From Metallosphaera javensis (ex Hofmann et al. 2022) (GTDB lineage Archaea; Thermoproteota; Thermoprotei_A; Sulfolobales; Sulfolobaceae), in the NCBI RefSeq assembly GCF_022064045.1, contig NZ_JAKNCW010000005.1, positions 126,545-150,544 on the forward strand: a stretch of DNA of 24,000 nucleotides, read 5' to 3'. A program made the translations under genes and the position numbers. Below are positions 16,216-24,000 of this stretch, one piece after another. Within the stretch, counting starts at the first letter, position 1. Each line of letters opens with the position of its first letter. The notes beneath the pieces are model-generated. The model did not search any database and was not told the origin of the DNA. It saw only the letters and a program-made list of their open reading frames with translations.

Positions 16216-16250
16216 TTTAATTCATTGCTACTCATCATACACAGGCTAAA

Positions 16251-16556
16251 ATGTTAATGGTGCCGATAGCCCTCTTCCTGTTTTACGGCGTGATGTCGCC
16301 CGTATATTACCATTTATTGAAGGATAAAATGAGCAATCAAACGGCGTTCACAATAACTTGGATCACGGCACCCTTTCTGGCCTCCTATCCCTACCTCGTG
16401 TCCTATCTATACATTCTTCCTATTATTCTCGTGTTAAATATCATAGGATACGTTCTAGTGATACGAAGAAGTTACAAATATATTTATAATGGATTACTTT
16501 TCCTTACTGCCTCCATTATAACGATACTATTTTTTAAACTGTTACCTTACATATAA
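16251..16556 (+). CDS. hypothetical integral membrane protein
   Basis: 101 aa, three to four hydrophobic segments, AT-rich gene. It is the first of three co-directional, tightly spaced genes. Confidence 0.45.
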   Translation: MLMVPIALFLFYGVMSPVYYHLLKDKMSNQTAFTITWITAPFLASYPYLVSYLYILPIILVLNIIGYVLVIRRSYKYIYNGLLFLTASIITILFFKLLPYI

Positions 16557-16562
16557 CTCCAT

Positions 16563-16886
16563 ATGCCCAAGAAGAAACAAAGTGAACCGGACGTTTGTCC
16601 CAACTGCGGGACTAAGGCAGAGAAGCCCATAAAGACGTGGAACTTGGTATCTCCTCTTCCTGACGCGTACGGTAGAATAACCATTACCGTAATGGGTTCA
16701 TATGAATGTCCCAATTGCGGTCACAGATGGAGAGCGGTGGTCTCCAAGATAAGGGCAGGTGGATCAGAGGTAGAAGTGGAGGGAAAGAAGGGCGTGAAGA
16801 AGTTTGGAGGAGAGAAGAAGGAGCAGAGAACCGATGAAGGAGAGGTAATAGAGCTGGATTTAGGCGATCTGGATGAAGAAGAGTGA
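16563..16886 (+). CDS. zinc-ribbon protein with an acidic C-terminus
   Basis: 107 aa. CPNCG...CPNCG forms two CPxCG knuckles. Next comes a Lys/Gly-rich stretch and the acidic tail EVIELDLGDLDEEE. Confidence 0.6.
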   Translation: MPKKKQSEPDVCPNCGTKAEKPIKTWNLVSPLPDAYGRITITVMGSYECPNCGHRWRAVVSKIRAGGSEVEVEGKKGVKKFGGEKKEQRTDEGEVIELDLGDLDEEE

Positions 16887-17295
16887 TATAGCGATCATCA
16901 TTCTTATTGCGTTGGTTTATATCGTGTTTTATTCTAACATAGTGAGTTCTGCTAGCGTGGAAGGAGTATCAATGTATCCGATTTTTCAGAACGGGGCCCT
17001 GACCTTCTATCAGCCTCCAACTCACGTAACTTATCACTCAATCATAATATATAGGTCGCCACAGCTTCACACCTACGTGATCCACAGGGTCATAAGGGTT
17101 GACGGAACATACTACGTAACCCAGGGGGTGGATAAGATATCCAATCCTCAACCCGATAATCAGATAGGGTTAGAGCCGGCCCCTGGTGTTCCCTCCAGTG
17201 ACGTGATAGGAAAAGTGACTCAAATAGATGGATATGTTATTTCCATCCCTTATCTAGGTTACCTATCTATCCTACTTTCTTCCCTGGTTAGGTAA
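16873..17295 (+). CDS. signal peptidase I (S26 family, archaeal/eukaryal Sec11 type)
   Basis: 140 aa. It has an N-terminal TM anchor, the GVSMYPIF serine box and the VIHRV histidine box. It overlaps the upstream gene by 14 nt. Confidence 0.65.
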   Translation: MKKSDIAIIILIALVYIVFYSNIVSSASVEGVSMYPIFQNGALTFYQPPTHVTYHSIIIYRSPQLHTYVIHRVIRVDGTYYVTQGVDKISNPQPDNQIGLEPAPGVPSSDVIGKVTQIDGYVISIPYLGYLSILLSSLVR

Positions 17296-18762
17296 CCTAG
17301 ACCTGAGAACTCTGTATGTTGGAGTTACTGTGCTAGGATGATTTGCCTTCACCTGATCCAGTCTACCCACCGCAGTGTTCTGGGGAGTGGAGGTTATGGC
17401 TGAAGGATTGGTGTAGGCTTTTTCCACAATCTCCTTGATCGCCTCAGCGAACTGGTCTAAGACCTCTACGGGCTCCGTTTCTGTTGGTTCTATCATGAGA
17501 GCTTCCTCTACATTGGGCGGGAAGTATATGGTGGGCGCGTAGAAACCCCTGTCAAGTAGTGCCTTAGCCACATCGAATGCAGTTACCCCTGTCTCTTCAG
17601 CCAGTTTCTTAGCACTGAACACGACCTCGTGCTTTCTGAACCTGTGAGGAGCCATTAATTCCAGTCCCTTAACCCCCCTCAGTTTAGCTATTAGATAGTT
17701 TGTGGCCAAGGTACTCATTTTCCCAATCATGGATACTCCTTTACCACCAAGGCCAAGAATGTAGGCATAGGATCTCATTAGGTTACCGAAGTTACCGTTG
17801 AAGACAGAGATCTTACCTATGGACCTCTCGGGCTTGACCAGAGAGTATCTATCTCCCTTGACCACCACGGGGTAAGGGAGGTATTCAACCATTTTACCTT
17901 TGGCGCAGACGGCTCCAGCCCCTGGACCCCCACCCCCGTGGGGGACCCCGAAGGTCTTGTGAAGGTTAAGATGAACTATGTCAAATCCCATGTCTCCGGG
18001 CCTCACTATTCCCAGTATTCCGTTCAGATTGGCTCCATCGTAGTAGAGTACTCCGTCCACGGAGTGAACTAGATCGGCTATCTCCTTAATGTTCTCCTCA
18101 AAGAGTCCCAAGGTGTTGGGATTGGTCAGCATGAACCCTGCAACGTTCTCTGATATAGTTCCCTTGAGCACGTCAAGGTCAACCAGTCCCTCCTGGTTGG
18201 ACTTAATGTAGATTACCGAGAAGCCAGCCATGGCTGCGCTAGCGGGATTTGTTCCGTGAGCCGAGTCGGCAACCAGCATTTCCTCCCTCCTCCTGTTCTG
18301 CTCTCTATGGTATTTCCTGATCATCAGGACTCCAGCCAGCTCACCTGCGGATCCTGCAGGAACCTGTAGACTGCATTCATCCATCCCCGTGGCCTCAGCC
18401 AGCCACCTCTGCATTTCATACATTACCTCCAAGTTCCCCTGAACAGTCTCTTGATCCTGCAGTGGGTGGGTTCTCTCAAACACTCCTGTCTCCTCCTCTA
18501 TCTTGGGATTGTACTTCATGGTGCACGATCCCAATGGCATCATTCCCGTATCAACGCCAAAGCTCATCTGGGAGAGCCTAATGAAGTGCCTAACAACCTC
18601 GAGTTCTGAGACTTCTGGCAGCTCAGGTTCCCTTCCTCTCCTGATCTTCTCAGGTAACTTGGTCTCTGCCTCAATATTCTCCTTGGGCACAAGAAATCCT
18701 TGCCTTCCCTTTCCCTTGTATTCGGTGATAAGGGGCTCATCCCAATACGCTTGCCTCCACAT
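17272..18762 (-). CDS. gcvPB: glycine dehydrogenase (decarboxylating) subunit 2, P-protein C-terminal half
   Basis: 496 aa. HLNLHKTF contains the PLP lysine, and the remaining sequence looks typical of split P-protein subunit 2. The ATG abuts the gcvPA stop with no spacer. Confidence 0.92.
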   Translation of the reverse strand: MWRQAYWDEPLITEYKGKGRQGFLVPKENIEAETKLPEKIRRGREPELPEVSELEVVRHFIRLSQMSFGVDTGMMPLGSCTMKYNPKIEEETGVFERTHPLQDQETVQGNLEVMYEMQRWLAEATGMDECSLQVPAGSAGELAGVLMIRKYHREQNRRREEMLVADSAHGTNPASAAMAGFSVIYIKSNQEGLVDLDVLKGTISENVAGFMLTNPNTLGLFEENIKEIADLVHSVDGVLYYDGANLNGILGIVRPGDMGFDIVHLNLHKTFGVPHGGGGPGAGAVCAKGKMVEYLPYPVVVKGDRYSLVKPERSIGKISVFNGNFGNLMRSYAYILGLGGKGVSMIGKMSTLATNYLIAKLRGVKGLELMAPHRFRKHEVVFSAKKLAEETGVTAFDVAKALLDRGFYAPTIYFPPNVEEALMIEPTETEPVEVLDQFAEAIKEIVEKAYTNPSAITSTPQNTAVGRLDQVKANHPSTVTPTYRVLRSRLPNQGRK

Positions 18763-20106
18763 TCAGGCCACCTCTTTTATGGCGTTAATTAGGTCATCTA
18801 TTGCCCTCTTGGTGTGGACTTCAGTTACACAAAACAGTGCCTCCCTAGGACCCAGTTTCAATCCACCATGAATGCCCCTCTTGAGCAACTCTGAGTGAAT
18901 TCTATCGTAATCGGATCTGAACACAAAGGTGAATTCCTCAAAGAAGTCAGATTCCCACTTCCTAGTGCCAAGCTCCTCATCCTCCATCCTCTTCAAAGCG
19001 TAATGGGATCTCTTGTAAATCTCGGTAGCTAACTCCTTTATACCGTTCCTTCCAAGGAGGGATAGGTAAACAGCGTTGGCCAGGGCTATGAGAGCCTCAT
19101 TAGTGGTGATGTTTGATGTTGCCTTCTCCCTTCTCGCGAATTGTTCCCTCGTCTGAAGAATCAGGGTAAACCCTCTTTTCCCGTTAACGTCCTGCGTCAT
19201 GCCCACGATTCTTCCAGGCATCTGCCTCACCAATTTCATGTCCATCCTAGTAGCGAGGATACCGCTGTATGGACCTCCAAAGTTGAGCGGTATCCCTAAC
19301 TCCTGGCCATCCCCAACTGCTATGTCAAACCCAAGTTCACCCGGACTCTTTATCAGTCCCAGGGAGAGCGGGCTCACCCCTACAATACTCACCACGTTAT
19401 TCTTCCTCGCCCACTCAGTCACGTATTCCAGTTCAGTCTCCACTACCCCAAAGAAGTTGGGCTGTTGAACGTACACGGAGGAGATCTCGTCCGGATTGAG
19501 GGAGGATAGGAAATCAAGATCCACTTTGCCGTCCTTTCCTGTGGGAACCTTGACCACTTCCAGTTCCTTACCAGATATCCAGGTTCTGAGCACCTGTTCG
19601 TGTAGCGGGTTAATGGATTCTGGAACCACTACCTTTCTTCTCCCGTTGATCCTGTGCGCCATGAGAACCGCCTCGGCCAGGCTACCTCCCCAGTCGTAGT
19701 GGGACGAGTTAACCACATCCATCTCCAGAAGTTCAGCCATGAGGCTCTGATACTCGAACAGGGCCTGCAGGAGACCCTGATTTACCTCAGGTTGATAAGG
19801 CGTATACGCAGTGTAGAACTCCGACCTGGTCAGAATGAACTTAATCACGGAAGGAATTGAATGGGGATATGCCCCAGCGCCAAGAAAAGGGGGATATTTT
19901 AACTTTAAGTTCCTCTCAGCCACTTGGCCTAATCTCCATCTTATTTCCTCCTCGGATAAAGGAGAGTCGTAACCCACCTTCAGTTCTCGTCTCAATATTA
20001 GATCCTCTGGAACGTCCTGAAAAAGCTCGTCAATTTCCTCTACGCCAATTTCCCTTAACATGTCCTGAATCCTAGATATATTTGGAAGCCAGGGATGGTT
20101 GTCCAT
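18763..20106 (-). CDS. gcvPA: glycine dehydrogenase (decarboxylating) subunit 1, P-protein N-terminal half
   Basis: 447 aa. YTPYQPEVNQGLLQALFEYQ is the P-protein signature. Confidence 0.92.
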   Translation of the reverse strand: MDNHPWLPNISRIQDMLREIGVEEIDELFQDVPEDLILRRELKVGYDSPLSEEEIRWRLGQVAERNLKLKYPPFLGAGAYPHSIPSVIKFILTRSEFYTAYTPYQPEVNQGLLQALFEYQSLMAELLEMDVVNSSHYDWGGSLAEAVLMAHRINGRRKVVVPESINPLHEQVLRTWISGKELEVVKVPTGKDGKVDLDFLSSLNPDEISSVYVQQPNFFGVVETELEYVTEWARKNNVVSIVGVSPLSLGLIKSPGELGFDIAVGDGQELGIPLNFGGPYSGILATRMDMKLVRQMPGRIVGMTQDVNGKRGFTLILQTREQFARREKATSNITTNEALIALANAVYLSLLGRNGIKELATEIYKRSHYALKRMEDEELGTRKWESDFFEEFTFVFRSDYDRIHSELLKRGIHGGLKLGPREALFCVTEVHTKRAIDDLINAIKEVA

Positions 20107-20150
20107 TTAAACTCCATCAGCAAATATCAAACAATAGAAGGCGGTTATGA
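20107..20150. promoter_or_regulatory. 44-bp divergent control region of the glycine cleavage genes
   Basis: Only 44 bp separate the two start codons. The A/T-rich core AAATATCAAACAATAGAA (20122-20139) gives TATA-like elements about 25 nt from gcvT ATG 20151 and about 28 nt from gcvPA ATG 20106. Confidence 0.4.
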
Positions 20151-21194
20151 ATGTTTTGGACTCCCTTGATTAACTTTGAGGAAAAGTTAGGGGCAAGTCT
20201 GGGTGAGTTTGCAGGTTGGAAAATGCCCATGACCTACTCCTCCTATCAGGAGGAGCATATGGCTGTCAGGACCAAGTCAGCCTTTTTCGACCTATCCCAC
20301 ATGGGTAGATTGAGGGTTACAGGAAAACTACAGGAATTTGAAAATCTCATTGCAAAGAAGATCTCTGACTCTCCACCTGGCAACATGATTGGTCCAACGG
20401 CCTTTCTCAATGACAGGGCCGGTTTTGTGGACGACGTAATGACCTACAAGGTTTCCGAATCGGAGTTTCTTGTGGTCACCAATGCGATAAACAGGGAGAA
20501 GGTGATAAACTGGATCAGGAAGAACTCCGCCTTAGAGGTACAGGACTTAACCTTCGACTTGGTCATGATAGCTCTTCAGGGCCGGGGGATTTGGGAAGTG
20601 GTGGAGAAACCGGACCTTTCTCCTCTACAGTTCAAGTTAAACGCCAAGTTTGAGGGTCATGAGGTTTTCCTTTTGAGTAGATCTGGATGGACCGGTGAGG
20701 ACGGAGTAGAATTTTGGGCAAAACCTGAGGTGGCCCAATCAATTCTGGAAAGGCTCATAACCCGAGGGATTAAAGGGGCCGGTTTAGTCACGAGGGATAG
20801 TTTGAGGCAGGAAATGGGTTTCGTCCTATATGGGGAGGATATTGGAGAGGATGTGAATCCAGTGGAAGCCAGATACTGGGTTTACTCCCTAGAGAAGGAC
20901 TTCATAGGGAAAAGTGCTCTCCTGGAGATCCTAAGAGCAGGCGTGGATAAGCTGAGAATTGGTTTAAAACTACCCAAGAATCAAAGAGTTATCCCCAGGA
21001 ACTCCTCTAAGATCAAGATCGCAGGAAAGGAAGTGGGTTACGTAACGAGCTCTACCTTTTCTCCCTATCTGTCTAGGGTTATAGGAATGGGATACCTGAG
21101 TTCCAGGCATTTTTTAGTGGGCGGAAATGCTGAGGTTGAGGTGAGAGGGAAGGATTATAGCGTTAAATTGTCAGATTTCCCATTATTAAAATGA
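20151..21194 (+). CDS. gcvT: aminomethyltransferase (glycine cleavage T-protein)
   Basis: 347 aa. FDLSHMGRL and WTGEDGVE match the folate-binding GcvT family. Confidence 0.9.
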   Translation: MFWTPLINFEEKLGASLGEFAGWKMPMTYSSYQEEHMAVRTKSAFFDLSHMGRLRVTGKLQEFENLIAKKISDSPPGNMIGPTAFLNDRAGFVDDVMTYKVSESEFLVVTNAINREKVINWIRKNSALEVQDLTFDLVMIALQGRGIWEVVEKPDLSPLQFKLNAKFEGHEVFLLSRSGWTGEDGVEFWAKPEVAQSILERLITRGIKGAGLVTRDSLRQEMGFVLYGEDIGEDVNPVEARYWVYSLEKDFIGKSALLEILRAGVDKLRIGLKLPKNQRVIPRNSSKIKIAGKEVGYVTSSTFSPYLSRVIGMGYLSSRHFLVGGNAEVEVRGKDYSVKLSDFPLLK

Positions 21195-21204
21195 GGCGCT
21201 TAAT

Positions 21205-21612
21205 TTGAGCGAAATTAAGGTTGGTAAATACGTTCTTAGAAGTGATCTACTTTATACCGAGAGCGACGAGTGGGTTAAGTTAAATGGAACGGAGGCAGTT
21301 GTCGGGATAACGGATTACGCTCAGAAAAAACTCAGGGATATTGTGGGGGTAGATTTACCCAAAAGAGGACAGAGGGTCTCCCTTGGGGAAGTGATTGCGG
21401 TGGTGGAATCAGTAAAGGCGGCGGCAGACATTTACTCGCCACTCTCTGGGGAAGTGATAGATGTGAATGAGGAATTAGTGTCCAGTCCAGAGCTAATAAA
21501 TAAGGATCCCTATGGCTCAGGCTGGTTATTCAAGTTAAAAATAACCAATCCAGAGGAAAGTAAAAAGCTTCTCCCTGCAGAATTATATGCGGAGAAGATT
21601 AAGGGTGATTGA
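21205..21612 (+). CDS. gcvH: glycine cleavage H-protein (lipoyl carrier)
   Basis: 135 aa. [18 protein letters not shown] contains the lipoyl-lysine motif. TTG start. Confidence 0.9.
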   Translation: MSEIKVGKYVLRSDLLYTESDEWVKLNGTEAVVGITDYAQKKLRDIVGVDLPKRGQRVSLGEVIAVVESVKAAADIYSPLSGEVIDVNEELVSSPELINKDPYGSGWLFKLKITNPEESKKLLPAELYAEKIKGD

Positions 21613-22366
21613 TGTGGAGGAAGGATTTGAAGTAGAGGAAAATTATGTTCCGGATTTGAGGAAACCCTCGTACATGATTGTGGGTATACCTGATGCGGGT
21701 CTAGTCGGAGAGATTGCTACAGAATACATGATCAGCAAGGGACTGGTCCAGGAATATGGCCAAGTATTTTCTAGAAAGTATCTTCCCCCTATACTGCATG
21801 TTGATGATGGAATTGCCAAATCTCCCCTGAGGCTCTATCACGGAAAGGATCTCAACATAATCGTTGTTCACTCATGGACAGCGCTTCCGGTTAACGCTGC
21901 CTATCCACTGGCCAAGTTTATAACAGAGTATGCCATCAGATACGGTATCAGCTCGGTTATCTCCATAACTGGGTTGCCCATACCCAACAGGCTTGATATA
22001 GATAAACCAACTGCCTACTGGATAGCAAATTCCAAGGATTTGGCCTCAAGTCTGGGCGGACTCGACAACGTTCAGAAGTTCGGCCAAGGTTACATTTCCG
22101 GTCCATACGCTCCAATTCTTTATGAGACTGCAAAGAAGAACATAGGCAACTTCGCCATAGTCGTGGAGTCTTTTCTGGACATACCAGATCCCGAAGCTTC
22201 AGCTGTTGCCCTAGAAATAGTAGGAAAATACCTTGGATTCACCATAGATACTAGCGCCCTTTTACAGGAGGCTGAGGAAATCAGATCTAGGATTAAGGGC
22301 TTGATGGAGCAAACAAAGAGGGAACTTCCCACCTATTCCTCAGGAAAACCAATGACCTACGCGTGA
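21587..22366 (+). CDS. PAC2-family proteasome assembly chaperone-like protein
   Basis: [15 protein letters not shown] matches the PAC2 N-terminal motif, and the length is about 250 aa. The C-terminus ends ...PMTYA with a penultimate Tyr. The start could also be GTG 21614, which would remove the 26-nt overlap with gcvH. Confidence 0.65.
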   Translation: MRRRLRVIDVEEGFEVEENYVPDLRKPSYMIVGIPDAGLVGEIATEYMISKGLVQEYGQVFSRKYLPPILHVDDGIAKSPLRLYHGKDLNIIVVHSWTALPVNAAYPLAKFITEYAIRYGISSVISITGLPIPNRLDIDKPTAYWIANSKDLASSLGGLDNVQKFGQGYISGPYAPILYETAKKNIGNFAIVVESFLDIPDPEASAVALEIVGKYLGFTIDTSALLQEAEEIRSRIKGLMEQTKRELPTYSSGKPMTYA

Positions 22367-22749
22367 AAGACATGCCTGCATATAAGGACCTTTACGACAT
22401 GGTAAAGAAGGCCATAGAGGCGGAAATGAGGGAAATGGAAAACATGGTAGAGCTAATGTCCAACGAAATAAGGGAGGCCGTGGAAAGGGAGAGCTGTCTG
22501 GTTCCACTTTACAGTGAACTGAGAAGGGAGAACGAGCTAATCTACATAGTGGATGTGCCCCACCTGAAAGAGGAGACCATATACGTTAAGCTGAATGGGC
22601 AGAACCTTGAGCTTTCCTGCACCAACTCAAGGGGAGTGAAGTACAGGCTAAACCTGAAAGTTCCCAAGGAATTGGAAGGGTCGGAGATCAAGGTCTCCAG
22701 GGTGAAGGGAAGGATAACCCTAAGGCTTATCAAGGCGAATACTAAATGA
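22363..22749 (+). CDS. small heat-shock protein-like (Hsp20 / alpha-crystallin-domain pattern)
   Basis: 128 aa. ELIYIVDVPHLKEETIYVKLNGQNLELSC...YRLNLKVPKELEGSEIKVSRVKGRITLRL follows the alpha-crystallin-domain strand pattern. GTG 22363 overlaps the PAC2 stop (GTGA); ATG 22372 is the alternative. Confidence 0.5.
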   Translation: MKDMPAYKDLYDMVKKAIEAEMREMENMVELMSNEIREAVERESCLVPLYSELRRENELIYIVDVPHLKEETIYVKLNGQNLELSCTNSRGVKYRLNLKVPKELEGSEIKVSRVKGRITLRLIKANTK

Positions 22750-22864
22750 TAATTTGAAAGTTTCAGTGTTGCTATAAATTTGGTTTCTAACTTTATTTGT
22801 GCTCATATAAAAGGTCAAAACTTTACGAGAGATAATAAAAGTCCCTTTTTCAAACTCTTATGAA

Positions 22865-22890
22865 GGCGTTGCAACATGTTTATAAACGCC
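22865..22890 (+). promoter_or_regulatory. TATA box enclosed by an inverted repeat, upstream of the AbrB-PhoU gene
   Basis: GGCGTT (22865-22870) pairs with AACGCC (22885-22890). These arms enclose the palindrome AACATGTT (22873-22880) and TTTATAAA (22879-22886). The TATA lies about 36 nt upstream of TTG 22919. Confidence 0.35.
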
Positions 22891-22918
22891 GTTTAAGATA
22901 ACTAGTTAAGGGATAATT

Positions 22919-23899
22919 TTGGAGGAGCTTAATAACGCCAAGGATATAGAGACTAGGAAGGTTCAGAAGCTCGGCTCATCCTCCCTTTTCATTACATTAC
23001 CCAAGAAGTGGATCAATAGGTGGAACGTTAAACCGGGAGACAAGATCCTGATAGAGGTGTCAAGTGATGGCTCTCTTAAGCTGATTGCAGAGAAGATAAA
23101 GATGGAGAATAATCACAGGTCCATCAAGATTGATGTTGACTCATTGAAGCAACCAATTCCCAGCATTATCCCATGTCTCTACACCCTTGGATACGACGAA
23201 ATCATCCTGGAATCCAAGAGATCCATTCAACCCAAGGACGTTGAGGACCTCATTCAAGTAACAAAGCAGATAGTTGGAGTCGAGGTAACGGAAACATCCG
23301 AGAACAGAATCAAGGTGGAGTGCCTCTTGGACACTGAAAAGGTTGGGATAGAGTCCCTTCTCAGAAGGATGCTCAACACTGTTGCCAAGAGAGTTGACGA
23401 GACCATAGCCCTGATATCAGGGGAAACGCCAAGGGAGAGCTCAGGGAATCATGAGGATCTGCGCAGGCTATATTACATGTTAATGAGAAGAGTCATGGGA
23501 AGCAGATACGAGACCGCCAAGAATATGACCAAGAACACCCTTATCGTGATAAATACCACTACCCTCCTTAACGTGGACACTGTGATAGATAAATTGATGG
23601 ACGCAATCAGGTCATCCAGCCCTAGTAAGGAGGAATCTCAGGTCCTTGTCGAGACGCTGAAAAAGGTCAACGATCTCTTGGACGAGGTTATAATGACCGT
23701 TCTATTTCCCAGCACCAAGAGGGTTCTAAACGGTCTTAACTTAGTCAGAGAATCTAGGCTCAACTTATCTCAGCTAAACAATACTCCGGTCGTAGAGTAC
23801 ATCAAACAGATAGTGGGACTTCTGGAGAGCGCTCTAGAGAATTCGTCCTGTACACTGTTCCTGGAGGATATGCCTTGGATAGAAAGAAACTTAACTTAA
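22919..23899 (+). CDS. AbrB/SpoVT-domain plus PhoU-domain regulator (archaeal phosphate-uptake-regulator type)
   Basis: 326 aa. The N-terminal VQKLGSSSLFITLPKKWINRWNVKPGDKILIEV is a swapped-hairpin AbrB motif. Two helical PhoU-like repeats follow. TTG start. Confidence 0.75.
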   Translation: MEELNNAKDIETRKVQKLGSSSLFITLPKKWINRWNVKPGDKILIEVSSDGSLKLIAEKIKMENNHRSIKIDVDSLKQPIPSIIPCLYTLGYDEIILESKRSIQPKDVEDLIQVTKQIVGVEVTETSENRIKVECLLDTEKVGIESLLRRMLNTVAKRVDETIALISGETPRESSGNHEDLRRLYYMLMRRVMGSRYETAKNMTKNTLIVINTTTLLNVDTVIDKLMDAIRSSSPSKEESQVLVETLKKVNDLLDEVIMTVLFPSTKRVLNGLNLVRESRLNLSQLNNTPVVEYIKQIVGLLESALENSSCTLFLEDMPWIERNLT

Positions 23900-23930
23900 A
23901 ATGCAATAAATGGTGTGTGGTGAATTGACA

Positions 23931-24000
23931 ATGTCTACACTTAAGGTTGAAAACCTTCACGTTGAGGTTGAGGGTAAGGAAGTTCTTAAGGGAGTTACAT
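23931..24000 (+). CDS. sufC: ABC-type ATPase N-terminus, SufC-like (3' end outside the window)
   Basis: Hand translation gives MSTLKVENLHVEVEGKEVLKGVT, which resembles the typical SufC N-terminus. Only 23 codons are visible. Confidence 0.5.
   Translation, partial: MSTLKVENLHVEVEGKEVLKGVT

Noticed and set aside
16209-16238. Two perfect minus-strand AUGAUGA box-C-like heptamers 23 nt apart, at and just upstream of the enolase start.
   Set aside because: No CUGA (D or D') box follows either copy at the required 10-14 nt spacing. The second copy is simply the ATG-ATG-A of the enolase MMN start codons.
22750-22864. Several TATA-like boxes (CTATAAATTT, CATATAAAAGG, GATAATAAAAG) and a T5 run upstream of the AbrB-PhoU promoter. 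They could mark a tiny ncRNA.
   Set aside because: The distances between these boxes and the T-run are too short for a meaningful transcript. I could not find a conserved-looking structure or sORF, so general AT-richness of the spacer is the simpler explanation.
1-24000. A search by eye for CRISPR repeats, IS or transposase genes, integrases, toxin-antitoxin pairs or known defence-system genes.
   Set aside because: I saw no regularly spaced direct repeats, no terminal inverted repeats flanking an ORF, and no proteins with nuclease, transposase or integrase signatures. The window reads as a conserved housekeeping region, not an accessory island.

Overview
This window reads as a gene-dense core-chromosome segment of a Sulfolobales-type crenarchaeon. 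That placement is an inference from gene content, Cdv genes, TATA/BRE-style promoters and many apparently leaderless genes. I saw no rRNA, tRNA, CRISPR array, transposase or integrase.

Gene content in order:
- End of a trp operon (trpE', trpG, trpC) plus a class-I aminotransferase.
- valS on the minus strand.
- An FAD-dependent reductase-like gene.
- A block of small uncharacterised genes, including a Cys-rich zinc-ribbon protein and a protein with an extreme Lys/Arg tail.
- An Ogg2-type 8-oxoguanine glycosylase.
- serA plus a class-V aminotransferase.
- rpoK.
- The complete cdvA-cdvB-cdvC (ESCRT-III/Vps4) cell-division locus.
- Enolase.
- A membrane protein / Zn-ribbon / signal peptidase I string.
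- The glycine cleavage system as divergent gcvPA-gcvPB and gcvT-gcvH pairs.
- A PAC2-type proteasome assembly chaperone and a small Hsp20-like protein.
- An AbrB-PhoU regulator and the start of sufC.

The standout system is the Cdv locus. It is a eukaryote-like membrane-scission machine used for archaeal division. It has been known since 2008, so it is not new in itself.

The less obvious signals I found by eye:
- Three candidate box C/D sRNAs sit in short intergenic gaps, and two of them flank the cdv locus.
- An orphan consensus promoter drives two overlapping 39-codon sORFs (one Ser-rich, one His-rich). Both end inside the serA core promoter.
- A 68-nt dual-coding overlap joins a K/R-tailed ORF to ogg.
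- Inverted or direct repeats bracket several TATA boxes.

All RNA, promoter and sORF calls come from pattern reading only and need transcript data or homology searches.
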